The notes beneath the pieces were generated by a model that ran no database searches, was not told where the DNA came from, and saw only the letters and a list, made by a program, of their open reading frames with translations. A stretch of 64,000 bases of DNA from Cyanobacteriota bacterium (lineage in GTDB: Bacteria > Cyanobacteriota > Cyanobacteriia > PCC-6307 > Cyanobiaceae), in contig JAPLIB010000091.1 in NCBI GenBank assembly GCA_026389335.1, positions 9,246 through 73,245 on the forward strand, given 5' to 3'. Positions 20,453-30,653 of this stretch are shown here, piece by piece. Position 1 is the first letter of the stretch; every line of letters starts with the position of its first letter. The position numbers and the translations under genes were made by a program.

Positions 20453-21540
20453 AGGGCGCGGTGATCAGCCCGCAGCCGCTCAAGGCTGAAGTACCGGCGC
20501 AGTTCCGCCAGGGCCCTGGGGCCCAGGCGCCTGGTGGGGGTCACGTGCCGGGACCGATCGCGCAGCGCCAGCACCCAGGCCTCGGTGTCGCCTGGATCGA
20601 GCAGGTCGCAGAAGGCACCGCCGATTTCACGGTGCACCGTCAGGTCGGAGGCGACCACGGGGGCATCGCAGGCCAGGGCCTCGATCAGCGGCAGGCTGAA
20701 GCCTTCGGCCAGGCTCGGCACCAGCACCGCCCGGCAGTGGCGGTAGAGCCAGGCCAGCTGGCCGTCGTCGGCCGCCTGGGCCCGCACCCGTTGCTGCAAG
20801 CCCAGCAGTCGCAGCCGCTTTCGCTCCGCCGTCCGCAGCGGACCACCGCCCACCAGCAGCAGCTGGGGCGCGGTGTCGCCACCGTCGAGGTGCACCAGGG
20901 CCTCCAAAAGGCGGTCGATGTTCTTGTAGCCCTCACGCCGCCCCACGTAGAGAAAAAATGGCCGCCGGGGCAATCCCGTCAGGGGCGTGGGCGACTGGTC
21001 GGCGAAGCCTGTCGCCAGGTGAATCACCCGCAGCCGCTCAGCCAGGCCAGGGTCGAGCTCGACCAGGTGGGCGGCGCTGCTGGCACTGACGCTGACGATC
21101 CGGCTGCTGGCGCCGAACCAGGCGAGTTTGGCGCCATGGGGCGAACCGCGCGGAAAGAACTGGGGCCAGCGTTCCGGGGTCATGTCGTGGAGGGTGGACA
21201 CCAGCGGACAGGATTGCTGCTGGGGCGGCAGGCCCAGGTAGTAGGTGGCATGCAGGAGATCGATGCCGGTGAGCCTGGAGGGGCTGGCAGCAAGATCGCA
21301 GCCGAGCCGGCGCAGCAGCCGGTAGCCGAGGCAGGGCAAGCGCACCAGGCCACGGCCCTGCAGGTGCCGATTGGCATGGCAGCGGAACAGCAGCACCGGC
21401 TGCAGGGGCCGGCCTGGTCCCTCCGGCGTGCCCCCAGCGTCGGCCAATCCGGCGATCAGGTCGTGGAAGTGGCGGCTGATGCCGCCGCGGGCCATCAGAC
21501 AGAAAATCTGCCGATCGAAACCGATCCTGAGGGGCGCCAT
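20434..21540 (-). CDS. GT4 glycosyltransferase
   Basis: LLHATYY, LVSTLHDMTPE, FLYVGRREGYKN, PSLAEGFSLPLIEALAC (EX7E). Confidence 0.88.
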   Translation of the reverse strand: MAPLRIGFDRQIFCLMARGGISRHFHDLIAGLADAGGTPEGPGRPLQPVLLFRCHANRHLQGRGLVRLPCLGYRLLRRLGCDLAASPSRLTGIDLLHATYYLGLPPQQQSCPLVSTLHDMTPERWPQFFPRGSPHGAKLAWFGASSRIVSVSASSAAHLVELDPGLAERLRVIHLATGFADQSPTPLTGLPRRPFFLYVGRREGYKNIDRLLEALVHLDGGDTAPQLLLVGGGPLRTAERKRLRLLGLQQRVRAQAADDGQLAWLYRHCRAVLVPSLAEGFSLPLIEALACDAPVVASDLTVHREIGGAFCDLLDPGDTEAWVLALRDRSRHVTPTRRLGPRALAELRRYFSLERLRADHRALYRSLA

Positions 21541-21546
21541 TGGACC

Positions 21547-22419
21547 ATGCTGACAGTCATGGGCGTCCATCCCCCCCAGCTCATCAGTGTGGTCACCGTC
21601 TGCTGTGGCAATCCGATCGCGCTGGCTGACACGCTGAGCTCCATCGCCAGCCAGGAGGCCCCGGCCGGCACCGAGGCCGGGGCCTCCTGGCTGGACTGGG
21701 TGGTGGTGGATGGCTCAGAGGATGGGAGTTGCCAACGATTGCTCCAGCAGCATGACCAGAGCCTGGGAGCCCGGGGCGTGGCCCTGCATTACCTGCGCAG
21801 GCAGGCCCGCGGCATCTATGCCGGCGTCAATGCCGGCCTGGCCGCCAGCCGCGGTGCCTGGCTGCAGGTGTTGCCGGCGGGCGATGCCCACGCCGATGCC
21901 AGCAGCCTGGCGCGGCTCGCGCGGCACGCCCGCTGCCTCACCGCGCGGGGGCGAGTGGGCAACCGGCCGGAGCCGGCGGCCGTGTTCGGCCAGGCGTGGG
22001 TGGAGGTGCCGGGCCGGGCCTTGCGCTGGCTCAGCCCGGATCCCGGTGTGCGGGCGATCGGCTGCTGGCTGCGCCACATGGTGCCCTGCCACTCGGCCCT
22101 GTTGTTCGAGGGCAACTGGGCCCGCCGTCACGCCTATCGGGAAGCGAGCATGGTCTATGGCGACCGACCCATCATGCGGGCAGCGTTGGCGACCTGCGGA
22201 GCGGAGGCCTATCTGGCTGAGCCGGTGTGCCGCTTCCGCCTTGGCGGCCTCTCGAGCGGCCCTGCCGACCCTGCCACCCTGCTGCGGCGCTGGCGGGATC
22301 CGGATCTCGACCGGCGCGGCCGGGCCCACGAGCTGGCCAAGGCGCTGCTGTTCCCCCTGCGTGGGACCTACCCCGATCTGATGCGGGCCCGTGCCCGCTG
22401 GCTGGGCTGGATCTGCTGA
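21547..22419 (+). CDS. GT2 glycosyltransferase (WcaE-like)
   Basis: ISVVTVCC, WVVVDGSEDG, GIYAGVNAGLAASRGAWL, AGD at the DxD position. Confidence 0.82.
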   Translation: MLTVMGVHPPQLISVVTVCCGNPIALADTLSSIASQEAPAGTEAGASWLDWVVVDGSEDGSCQRLLQQHDQSLGARGVALHYLRRQARGIYAGVNAGLAASRGAWLQVLPAGDAHADASSLARLARHARCLTARGRVGNRPEPAAVFGQAWVEVPGRALRWLSPDPGVRAIGCWLRHMVPCHSALLFEGNWARRHAYREASMVYGDRPIMRAALATCGAEAYLAEPVCRFRLGGLSSGPADPATLLRRWRDPDLDRRGRAHELAKALLFPLRGTYPDLMRARARWLGWIC

Positions 22420-23282
22420 TGCCACGCGTCTCGATCGTCACCCCTTTCCGCAACGCCGCCCGCTTTCTGCCCGGCTACGTGGCCAATCTTCGCCGCCAGA
22501 GTTGCGACGACTGGGAGTGCCTGGCCATCGATGATGGCTCCAGCGATGGCGGCGCCGGCCTGCTGGAGCGGTGCGTGGCCAGCGACCGCCGCTTCAGGTT
22601 GCTGCGCCTGCCGGAGGCCAGGCCAGGCAGCACTCCCCTGGCCCGGCTGCCGGCGCGGCCGCGCAACCACGGCCTGGCCCATGTGCTCAGCCCGCTGGTG
22701 GCCTTCCTCGATATCGACGATCTCTGGCATCCGCGCAAGCTGGAACGCCAGCTGGCCTTCCATGCAGCGGGCCAGCTCGACCTGTCGGTGACGGCCTACG
22801 GCCGCTTCCGCTCGGCCAGGGAACCGCTCCTGGCCCTGCGCTGCCCCCCTGCCCAGCTCAGTGCGATCTCCCTGGCCGACGCCAATCCGATCCCGCTGCT
22901 GACGGTGTTGGTGCGGACCGAGCTGCTGGCTGGGGGATTCCCCACCATTCCCCACGAGGATTACCTGCTCTGGATGAACCTGCAGCGGCGTCAGCCCGGC
23001 CTGCGCTTCGGCAGCCTGCCGGAGCTGCTCGCCTTCTATCGGCTGCATCAGAACAACCAGAGTGGCCAGCCGCTGCAGGTGGCCGGCTGGACCTACAACC
23101 TCTACCGCCAGTACGGTCTGAGCCGCACCGGGGCCTTGACCCGCCTGGGCCGCTGGGGCCTGGGTCACCTGCGCCGACAATGGCAGGAACGTCAACAACA
23201 GGCGACGCTGCCCTGCGGCACCCAGAGTGTGGAGAGCCTGCTGGCGGCGCAGCCACTGCGGTTGGTCACCGCGTCGGCATGA
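22419..23282 (+). CDS. GT2 glycosyltransferase
   Basis: MPRVSIVTPFRN, AIDDGSSDG, RNHGL, VAFLDIDDLWHPRKLERQL, HEDYLLW. Confidence 0.87.
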   Translation: MPRVSIVTPFRNAARFLPGYVANLRRQSCDDWECLAIDDGSSDGGAGLLERCVASDRRFRLLRLPEARPGSTPLARLPARPRNHGLAHVLSPLVAFLDIDDLWHPRKLERQLAFHAAGQLDLSVTAYGRFRSAREPLLALRCPPAQLSAISLADANPIPLLTVLVRTELLAGGFPTIPHEDYLLWMNLQRRQPGLRFGSLPELLAFYRLHQNNQSGQPLQVAGWTYNLYRQYGLSRTGALTRLGRWGLGHLRRQWQERQQQATLPCGTQSVESLLAAQPLRLVTASA

Positions 23283-23334
23283 CGACGAAGTCATGACGGG
23301 CGTGCCATGCCAAGCGAGCCATGACGACCCTGCG

Positions 23335-24996
23335 ATGACAGAGGAGTTTCTGCCGCTGCTACAGCGCCTCGGCCGGCAGCTCCAGCCCCATCGCCGGCGC
23401 CAGCTGCTGCTGGCCACCGCCCTGCTGCTGGTGGCCGGCACCCTGGAGATGCTCTCGCTGGCGGCTGTGCTGCCGCTGCTGCTGGGGCTGATTCAGTGGC
23501 AGAGCGGGGCGCGCAACTGGGGGGTGGCCCTGTTCTGTCTTGTGGTGGTGCTGGCGGCCCTGGTGCGGATGGCCAACCTCTGGGTGAGCAACCGACTGGC
23601 GGCGGCGATCGGCGCCGATCTGGGCGAGATGGCCTTCCGGCGCACTCTGGGCCGGCCCTACCGGGAACAGCTGACCCTGGAGAGCACCCAGGTGGTGGCG
23701 GTGTTGGCCCCCCAGCTGCGTCAGCTGGTGTCCCAGGTGCTGCAGCAGGGCTGGCTGCTGCTCAGTGCCGGCCTGCTCGGCGTGGCGATCCTGGCAACCC
23801 TGACGCTGCTGGCCTGGCGGCTGGCCCTGCCCTTGCTGCTGTTGATGGGCCTGGGCTACCTGGGCCTGTCCGTCGCCAGCCGAGCTCGCCTGCGTCGCCA
23901 AGGCACGGAAGCGGTGGCCCAGCAGCAGCTCCTGATCCGCATGATCCAGGACAATCTCGCCTCGATCCGCGACGTGCAGCTACGGGGCTGGGCCGTGCCG
24001 CTGAGTCGTCGCTACGGGGTGATGGAGCGGCGCATGCGCCAGCTGGAGGCCAGCAACGCCACCCTCGCCGGCCTGCCGCGCTTCCTGCTGGAGCCGCTCG
24101 GGATGGTGGGGATCGTCTTGGCAGGGCTGGGATTGTTGCTGCAGGGGCGCCCCGTGCTGGAGGTGCTGCCGGGGTTGGGACTGCTGGCCTTTGCCGCCCA
24201 ACGGCTGTTGCCCCTGGGTCAGCAGGTGTGGGCCGGTTGGGCCGCCCTCACCGCCGGTACGCCGCTGCTGGCGGGGCTGCTGGATCTGATCGAGCGGCAA
24301 GAGCCCGCCGAGGTGAGCGAACCGCAGCCCGCGCCCCGACTGGCCGGCTGGCGACGCGTGGCCCTGGTGGGGGTCGACTTCTCTTACGGGCCTGCTACGG
24401 GAGTCATCCTGCGCAACGTTCAGCTGGCGCTGGACCGCGGCGAATGGCTGGGACTTTGGGGCCCTTCGGGGTGTGGCAAGAGCACTGTGATCGACCTGCT
24501 GCTGGGGTTGCTACCGCCCGATCGGGGCCAGCTGCAGGTCGACGGACGGCCCCTGGCAGCGGGATCGCCGCGGCTGCGCCGCTGGCAGGCAGGTCTGGCC
24601 AGCATGGGCGCCGCGGTGCCGCTGGTGCCGGGCAGCGTGCGAACCAATCTGGAGCTGGCCTTCGGTGAAGCCTCGCCACCGCCGGCCCAGGAGTTGGACG
24701 ATCTGTTGGCCCTGGTGGAACTTGAGGGCCTGTTGGATCGGCCCCTGGGCGAGGCGGGGCGCCAGCTCAGCGGCGGCCAGCGGCAGCGGCTTGGACTGGC
24801 ACGGGCCCTGCTGACCCGGCCCGACCTGCTGGTGCTGGACGAAGCCACCAGCGCCCTCGACCTGGAGGGCGAACGCCGCCTGCTGACACGGCTGCGCAGC
24901 CAGCGCCCACAGCTGACGCTGGTGCTGGTGAGCCACCGAAGGGCCAGCCTCGAACTCTGCGATCGTGTGCTGAACCTGGCCAAAGCCGATGGCTGA
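23335..24996 (+). CDS. Single-polypeptide ABC exporter (TMD+NBD), possible glycan flippase
   Basis: About 6 TM segments, Walker A GPSGCGKST, signature LSGGQRQR, Walker B LVLDEATSALD; embedded among GTs. Confidence 0.9.
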   Translation: MTEEFLPLLQRLGRQLQPHRRRQLLLATALLLVAGTLEMLSLAAVLPLLLGLIQWQSGARNWGVALFCLVVVLAALVRMANLWVSNRLAAAIGADLGEMAFRRTLGRPYREQLTLESTQVVAVLAPQLRQLVSQVLQQGWLLLSAGLLGVAILATLTLLAWRLALPLLLLMGLGYLGLSVASRARLRRQGTEAVAQQQLLIRMIQDNLASIRDVQLRGWAVPLSRRYGVMERRMRQLEASNATLAGLPRFLLEPLGMVGIVLAGLGLLLQGRPVLEVLPGLGLLAFAAQRLLPLGQQVWAGWAALTAGTPLLAGLLDLIERQEPAEVSEPQPAPRLAGWRRVALVGVDFSYGPATGVILRNVQLALDRGEWLGLWGPSGCGKSTVIDLLLGLLPPDRGQLQVDGRPLAAGSPRLRRWQAGLASMGAAVPLVPGSVRTNLELAFGEASPPPAQELDDLLALVELEGLLDRPLGEAGRQLSGGQRQRLGLARALLTRPDLLVLDEATSALDLEGERRLLTRLRSQRPQLTLVLVSHRRASLELCDRVLNLAKADG

Positions 24997-25243
24997 ACCC
25001 CCACTCCCGCCACGGCGCCGCACCGACAGGCCCCTGGCAGGTCCCCTGGAGCGCCGCCTGCAGCGCGACCTGGCGGATCCGGGCCGGCTTCAGCAGACCC
25101 TGCGGATCCTGGGGCTGCTGGGCCTGTTCCTGGGCTCGGCGGTGCTGGGTGGCTGGTTGCTGCTGGGGCTGGTGGGGCTGTACTCCCATTCGTTCACTCC
25201 CTGGCTGCGACCGGCCCCGGAGGGTTCGGACCGGCACCGCTAA
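24989..25243 (+). CDS. Small membrane protein, 84 aa
   Basis: One or two hydrophobic segments (ILGLLGLFLGSAVLGGWLLLGLVGLY); overlaps ABC stop. Confidence 0.5.
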   Translation: MAEPPLPPRRRTDRPLAGPLERRLQRDLADPGRLQQTLRILGLLGLFLGSAVLGGWLLLGLVGLYSHSFTPWLRPAPEGSDRHR

Positions 25244-25272
25244 GCTCAGGTTTCTTTATCGGCGACTGCGGG

Positions 25273-27825
25273 GTGTGGATCGAGGTCACGGCTCGCGCGC
25301 AGCGGCCCGTGTATGGCTGCTCGACGCGGGTGCATTTCCGCTCCGATGATGGCCAGATCCAGGAGCATCGCCTGAGCGTCTGCGACGTGGTGGCCACGGA
25401 GCGCTTCCTTTGGTGGAGCGCCAGCCTACCCAGCTCCATCGAGGCCGCCGAGGCCGCCCAGCCGATCAGTTTCAGTCTGCGGGAGGTGAGCCCCCGCACG
25501 GCGCGAATGACGATGGCACGGCAGCTCTGCGCCGACGATCCGCTCACCCTGTTCGACGAACCGCTGCAGTTACAGGAGCAGCTGGAACGCGGCGGCCTCG
25601 ATCCCAACCAGAGCCTGGAGCGGTTCTGGCTGCGCTACCGCCGCTGGCTCGAAGTGCGGCGGCGGCCCCTGTTCGCGAGCAGCTTGACCAGCAGTCGCCA
25701 CTATCCCCAGGACCTGCGACCCGAGCCGGAAGGGCTGACCATGGTGCGCTGGCTGGCGCCGCTGGCCAACCGCCCCGCCGAGGCCGAGGCACCGCTGGTG
25801 TCGCTGATCATCCCCTGCTATGGCAAGTTGCCGGTGACACTGCGCTGCCTTGAGAGCGTGCTGGCCGAGCGCACCTACCAGCGGCGTTCGCTCTGCCGGG
25901 TGGAGCTGCTGGTGATCGACGATGCCTCCCCGGATGGCTCCGGAGCCAGCCTGCAGCAACTCGACGGCATCGGGCCGATCCGGGTGTTGCGCAACGGGGA
26001 GAACCTGGGCTTCCTGCGCAGCTGCAACCGCTGTGCAGCCTTGGCGGAGGGCGATTTCATCTGCTTCCTCAACAACGACACCGTCGTCACCCACGGCTGG
26101 CTGGAGGAACTGCTGAACTGCTTCGCCCTCTTCCCCGGCACGGGCTTGGCGGGCTCGATGTTGCTCTACCCCGACGGCCGCCTGCAGGAGGCCGGCGGCA
26201 TCGTCTGGCGTGACGCCAGCGCCTGGAACTATGGCCGTGGCGGCAATCCCCGATCACCGGAGGTGGGATTCGCCCGCGATGTCGACTACGTGTCCGGGGC
26301 GGCGATTCTGCTGCCAACCCCTCTGTTCCGTGAGCTGGGTGGCTTCGACAATCGCTACGCCCCCTCCTACTACGAGGACACGGACCTGGCCCTGCAGGTG
26401 CGCCAGAAGGGGCTGCGGGTGATTTATCAGCCCGCCTCCAAGGTGATCCACTTCGAAGGTGTGAGCAGTGGCCGCGACGAGGAGACAGGCGCCAAGCGGC
26501 ACCAGGAGCGCAACCGGCAGCTGTTTCGGCGCAAGTGGCTCGAGACCCTGAAGGGCCACGCTGAAAGCGGTCACCAGCCCCTGATCGAGCGCAACCGCGG
26601 CCGCATCGGCCGGCTGCTGGTTCTGGAGATGGGCACCCCCACGCCAGACCAGGACGCGGGCTCGCTGTTCATGTTCAACATCCTCCTTGCCCTGGTGCAG
26701 CTGGGCTACGACGTGAGCTTCATCGCCGTCGACAACTTGAACTACATGCCGGAGTACAGCGGCGTGCTGGAGCGGCTGGGCATCCGGGTGCTGGTGCATC
26801 CCTACGTGAGTTCCGTGGCGGAACACCTGAAGACGGAGGGCGATCACTACGAGGGCATCCTGATGGCCAGGCCTGAGGTGGCGGAGCGCTGCCTGGAGCC
26901 GATCAAGCGCCATGCGCCGCACGCCCGCCTGCTGTACTACACCCACGATCTGCACCACCTGCGCATGGAGCGCCAGGAGCAGACGACTCCCGGCAGCGTC
27001 AAAGCCGATGCGATCGCGGCGATGCGCGAGCTGGAGAAGGAGATCGTCGACGTGGTGGACGGCGTGCTTTACCTGAGTGATGCGGAAAAGCGGGAAGCGG
27101 AGGAGCGGCTGGCGCCCAGAAGCCGCGGCTACGTGCTGCCGCCTGTGGTGGAGTCCGACCCGGGCCCCAAGGGCTTCGTGGAGCGCTCGGGGGTAGTGTT
27201 CATCGGCGGTTTCGGCCATCCCCCCAACCGCGATGCAGTGCTCTGGTTTGCGGCTGAGGTGATGCCCCGGCTGCGGGCGGCGGGTGCCGGCATCGTGTTC
27301 CACGTGGTGGGGGCGAATCCACCGCAGGAGGTGAAAGCCCTGGCCTGCGGCGATGTGGAGATCCACGGCTACCTGGCGGATCTGGAGCCCTTGCTGGGCG
27401 ACCGACGCCTGGCGGTGGCGCCGCTGCGCTACGGCGCCGGCGTGAAGGGCAAGATGCTCACGGCGATGACCGCCGGCCTGCCGATCGTGGCCACGTCGAT
27501 GGCGGCGGAGGGGCTGCAGCTGCGCCATGGCGTCACCTTTCTCAGGGGTGACGACGCCGAGACCCTGGCGGCGGGCGTGCTGGAGCTGCACCGCTCCCAG
27601 CCCCTCTGGGAGGAGATGCGCGCCGCGGCTCTGGACCATGCCAAAAAGGGCTGGGGAGGAGAGGCCTGCCGCGCCACTCTGTGCGCCATCTGCGCCGACG
27701 TGGGGCTGCCCGTGCCGGCGGATGGCATCGACCTTGGGCCGGCGCTCACTTACCGCCCCGAGCTGGTGACGCGGCTGGGGCCTGAGGAGCTGATCGGCCA
27801 GCAGAATCTCTGCGATCGGGATTGA
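25273..27825 (+). CDS. Bifunctional GT2 + GT4 glycosyltransferase
   Basis: VSLIIPCY, VIDDASPD, NLGFLRSCN, FLNNDT, YYEDTDL; then FIGGFGHPPNRDA and APLRYGAGVKGK. Confidence 0.9.
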   Translation: MWIEVTARAQRPVYGCSTRVHFRSDDGQIQEHRLSVCDVVATERFLWWSASLPSSIEAAEAAQPISFSLREVSPRTARMTMARQLCADDPLTLFDEPLQLQEQLERGGLDPNQSLERFWLRYRRWLEVRRRPLFASSLTSSRHYPQDLRPEPEGLTMVRWLAPLANRPAEAEAPLVSLIIPCYGKLPVTLRCLESVLAERTYQRRSLCRVELLVIDDASPDGSGASLQQLDGIGPIRVLRNGENLGFLRSCNRCAALAEGDFICFLNNDTVVTHGWLEELLNCFALFPGTGLAGSMLLYPDGRLQEAGGIVWRDASAWNYGRGGNPRSPEVGFARDVDYVSGAAILLPTPLFRELGGFDNRYAPSYYEDTDLALQVRQKGLRVIYQPASKVIHFEGVSSGRDEETGAKRHQERNRQLFRRKWLETLKGHAESGHQPLIERNRGRIGRLLVLEMGTPTPDQDAGSLFMFNILLALVQLGYDVSFIAVDNLNYMPEYSGVLERLGIRVLVHPYVSSVAEHLKTEGDHYEGILMARPEVAERCLEPIKRHAPHARLLYYTHDLHHLRMERQEQTTPGSVKADAIAAMRELEKEIVDVVDGVLYLSDAEKREAEERLAPRSRGYVLPPVVESDPGPKGFVERSGVVFIGGFGHPPNRDAVLWFAAEVMPRLRAAGAGIVFHVVGANPPQEVKALACGDVEIHGYLADLEPLLGDRRLAVAPLRYGAGVKGKMLTAMTAGLPIVATSMAAEGLQLRHGVTFLRGDDAETLAAGVLELHRSQPLWEEMRAAALDHAKKGWGGEACRATLCAICADVGLPVPADGIDLGPALTYRPELVTRLGPEELIGQQNLCDRD

Positions 27826-28070
27826 GGGGGCCAGCAGCTGAGCGCTGCGGGTCAGCATTCAGCTGGATCCAGCCGAATCCATGGTGAAATCCTCCCGACT
27901 GCGGGGCCTTTTTCCCCTGGCGCTACTCCTGCCTACGTGGCCTTGCCGTGGTGGCCGAAAGCGGCACCCGCCTGCAAAACTTCAGCCCCCCGTCAGCCAG
28001 CAGCCGCAGGGATGTCCTGGAGCGCATGCGCTGCTCTTCATGCATCAGATACGCGCCTGACACCGGATCC

Positions 28071-28878
28071 AGGGCACCTTGAAGTTGTAGAGATGTTTTG
28101 ACACTGGGTATGGAAAGTGGCTTTTGGGACGAACAGCAAAGAGTCACAAAGCTCCAGGATAAAAAGCCGGTTCTCAAGAGCCTGGTTGATTCAATCCCAT
28201 GGGAATTATTCCGCCCACTGCTTGACAAGGACTATGAGCATGAGCGCAAGAGCAATGCAGGGCGTAAGAGGATTGATCCGCTGATCCTTTTCAAGATGCT
28301 CGTTCTCCAGCAGCTTTTCAACCTGAGCGTGGGCGTAGCCTTACGCTTGAGGTTGAAAAGCTTGAATTCCAGGTGAATGACAGACGCTCCTTTGAGGAGT
28401 TTGTCGGGCTTGGTGTGATGAACAGTACTCCAGATGCCACCACAGTCGCCTTCCTCAGGGAGCGACTGCGCAAGGCGGGAGTGATCGAGGAGCTCTTCGA
28501 GATGTTTGATGCGTACCTCCGTTCCCAGGGTCTCCAAGCCCGCGGTGGGCGGATCATCGATGCGACGCTTGTCCCATTCCCAAAGCAACGTAATACCCGC
28601 GAGGAGAACAAGGAAATCAAGGCTGGGAGGCCTCCTGAGGCTGGGACGAAAACCCAGATGGCTTGTAGCAAAATGATTTAGATGCACGCTGGACAAAAAA
28701 GAACGGCATCAGTTGCTACGGTTACAAGAACAGCATCTGCATCGATATCGACCATGGTTCCATCCGCCGATATGCTGTTACTCCGGCCAATATCTATGAC
28801 AGCTAGGTGCTTCCACGCCTGCTGGATCCTGAAAACGAACATGACTATGTCTATGGGTGGAAAGCTGACAAGAAAGAT
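28071..28878 (+). mobile_element. IS5-family element, decayed and 3'-truncated
   Basis: End AGGGCACCTTGAA; transposase fragments GRKRIDPLILFKMLVLQQLFNLS, PDATT, IIDATLV, DARWTKKNG...YGYK; frameshifts and an in-frame TAG. Confidence 0.9.
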
Positions 28879-29666
28879 CTTGATTACCCATAAACCTCCG
28901 CGACCCTGAGATCCCGTTCGGTGAACGGCATACAGCAGCAGACCGCATTGACAATCCGCTCGGTCATCCCAGCCATCGAGAAGCGACGGTTGAAGCGGAA
29001 GCAGTAGCCACCCAGGTAGCGCCTGGCGTACTTTTCAAAGTTGAAGGCGTGAAAGGTACCACTGAAGCTGGTCTTGAGGTTGCCCAGCAGGGTGTTGATC
29101 CAGCGGAATTGCGGCAGGTCGTTGGGGTGCTTGCCGCCGGTGACGACAGCCTTGTGGTGACAGTTGGCCGTGGTCACGGCGCGGAAGCAGGCCAGGCCAT
29201 CGCTCAGGCATTGCGCGCAGGATCTTGTTGTGCAGCAGCCAGGCGGTGTCGTAGTTGACGCCCAGGTGGCGGCTGAGCTCCAACGAGGAGATCCCGGTTT
29301 TGGCCTGGCCAATGAGATAGAAGGCCAGGAACCAGGTTGTCAGCGGCAGCTTGGTGGTCTGCATGATCGTCCCGGCCGTGAGAGTGACCTGATGGCTGTA
29401 GGCACGGGCACTGATAGCGCTTGAGCCGCCGGCCATAGACAAGTCCAGCTCGTGGCCTTGGCAACGCGGACACTGGTACCCGTCTGGCCAGCGGGCTTTC
29501 TCCAGAGCAGCCTCACATTGCGCATCGGAACCGTAGAGCCGCTGGAACTGAGACAGGGAGAGGCCTTTCTGGAACTGGATGGCACTGCGTGACATGACCT
29601 GACTGGTATATGGGTATTAGCCTATGCGCCTAGGTCGCCCTGCGCGGAGTGAGCCGGGTAATCAAG
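28879..29666 (-). mobile_element. IS1595-family element, frameshifted and internally deleted
   Basis: Terminal inverted repeats CTTGATTACCC (28879) / GGGTAATCAAG (29656); Zn-ribbon CPRC, TIMQTTKLPLTTWFLA, SDGLACF, FRFNRRF; the central DDE-containing part is missing. Confidence 0.9.
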
Positions 29667-29725
29667 TCAGCTGTTGCAATGGGTGGTCCGAGGAGATATT
29701 TCTTGGGAAGTAAGCAGGTTGCTCA

Positions 29726-30481
29726 CTAGTTCCGTTTTCTTGGGTTTCTACCAAACGCGAAACGTCGTTTTCCGTTACGAGGCAGTAACTCGCCAATAAA
29801 TGCAAATCCAATTGCGTAAAGAACTGCTGTAAGCGAAATCCGGACAGCCTCACTAATCAGCTTGTCCGGCTTTATTGAGGATTGATACTCTATTTGCTGT
29901 TGCAGTAGCCCTGACATCCTCTCGGCTTTTTGAAGCAGCACATATTTTAATTGATTGATTGGTGTGCCCAGCTGTGATTGCGTGAAAACCACTTGTTTCC
30001 CCGAAACGGTCTGGAGCCGTTCTTGCAACTGCTTGTGACTCATTGAAGTTGCGATGGCTTCACGAAGTCCAGAAAGCTTTTCTGCTGACTGACTGATTTG
30101 CTGTTCTACTCTTGACGTATATCCATGATAAATCCTCCAGGTGTTAAATGCTTGTAGTGGTATTAAAAGAAGGAAGCCTGCTGTTGCAGCGGGCGCCCAT
30201 CGCTTAAACGCATTTCTACGCTTTCGGATACGTTTGGAATTTTTATTAATTTCCAATGCAAGAAATAGGAGAAGTACTCCAGCAAGGGCCACTGAACCAT
30301 TATTCGCAAGTTCAGCAGCGACACCAAGCTGCCATTGAGCATCCGTTAGCTTGAGCGGCAGAAGCTTCGCCAAAATGGAGACAAGAAACACTCCCAATAA
30401 AACGAGTGAACAAGCTTCTAGTACAATGGAAAGACTGCTCTCTTTGCTTGGTACTTGGTTCTCGTTGGATTGCATCAGCAA
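29726..30481 (-). CDS. HpsJ-like membrane protein
   Basis: LLPLKLTDAQWQL...LANNGSVAL, GFLLLIPLQ pattern; three TM + coiled coil; low GC. Confidence 0.7.
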   Translation of the reverse strand: MLMQSNENQVPSKESSLSIVLEACSLVLLGVFLVSILAKLLPLKLTDAQWQLGVAAELANNGSVALAGVLLLFLALEINKNSKRIRKRRNAFKRWAPAATAGFLLLIPLQAFNTWRIYHGYTSRVEQQISQSAEKLSGLREAIATSMSHKQLQERLQTVSGKQVVFTQSQLGTPINQLKYVLLQKAERMSGLLQQQIEYQSSIKPDKLISEAVRISLTAVLYAIGFAFIGELLPRNGKRRFAFGRNPRKRN

Positions 30482-30607
30482 CCTGAATAGTGCATTGCTA
30501 TTCTAGGGGATGACTCATACTGCTGCCACCTTTTAGGCTGAATTCTTCGGATGCGAGAAGCCACCCTTCTCTGCCATCAGGTCGTTGCCCTAACGGGGCA
30601 GCCTCAT

Positions 30608-30631
30608 AAAAAACCTCCCCGAAAGGGGAGG
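30608..30631 (-). terminator. Intrinsic terminator of the PEP-CTERM-like gene
   Basis: CCTCCCC-GAAA-GGGGAGG stem with A6 run (U-tail on the minus strand). Confidence 0.8.
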
Positions 30632-30653
30632 CTGGAGAGCAAAGCGGTATGAC

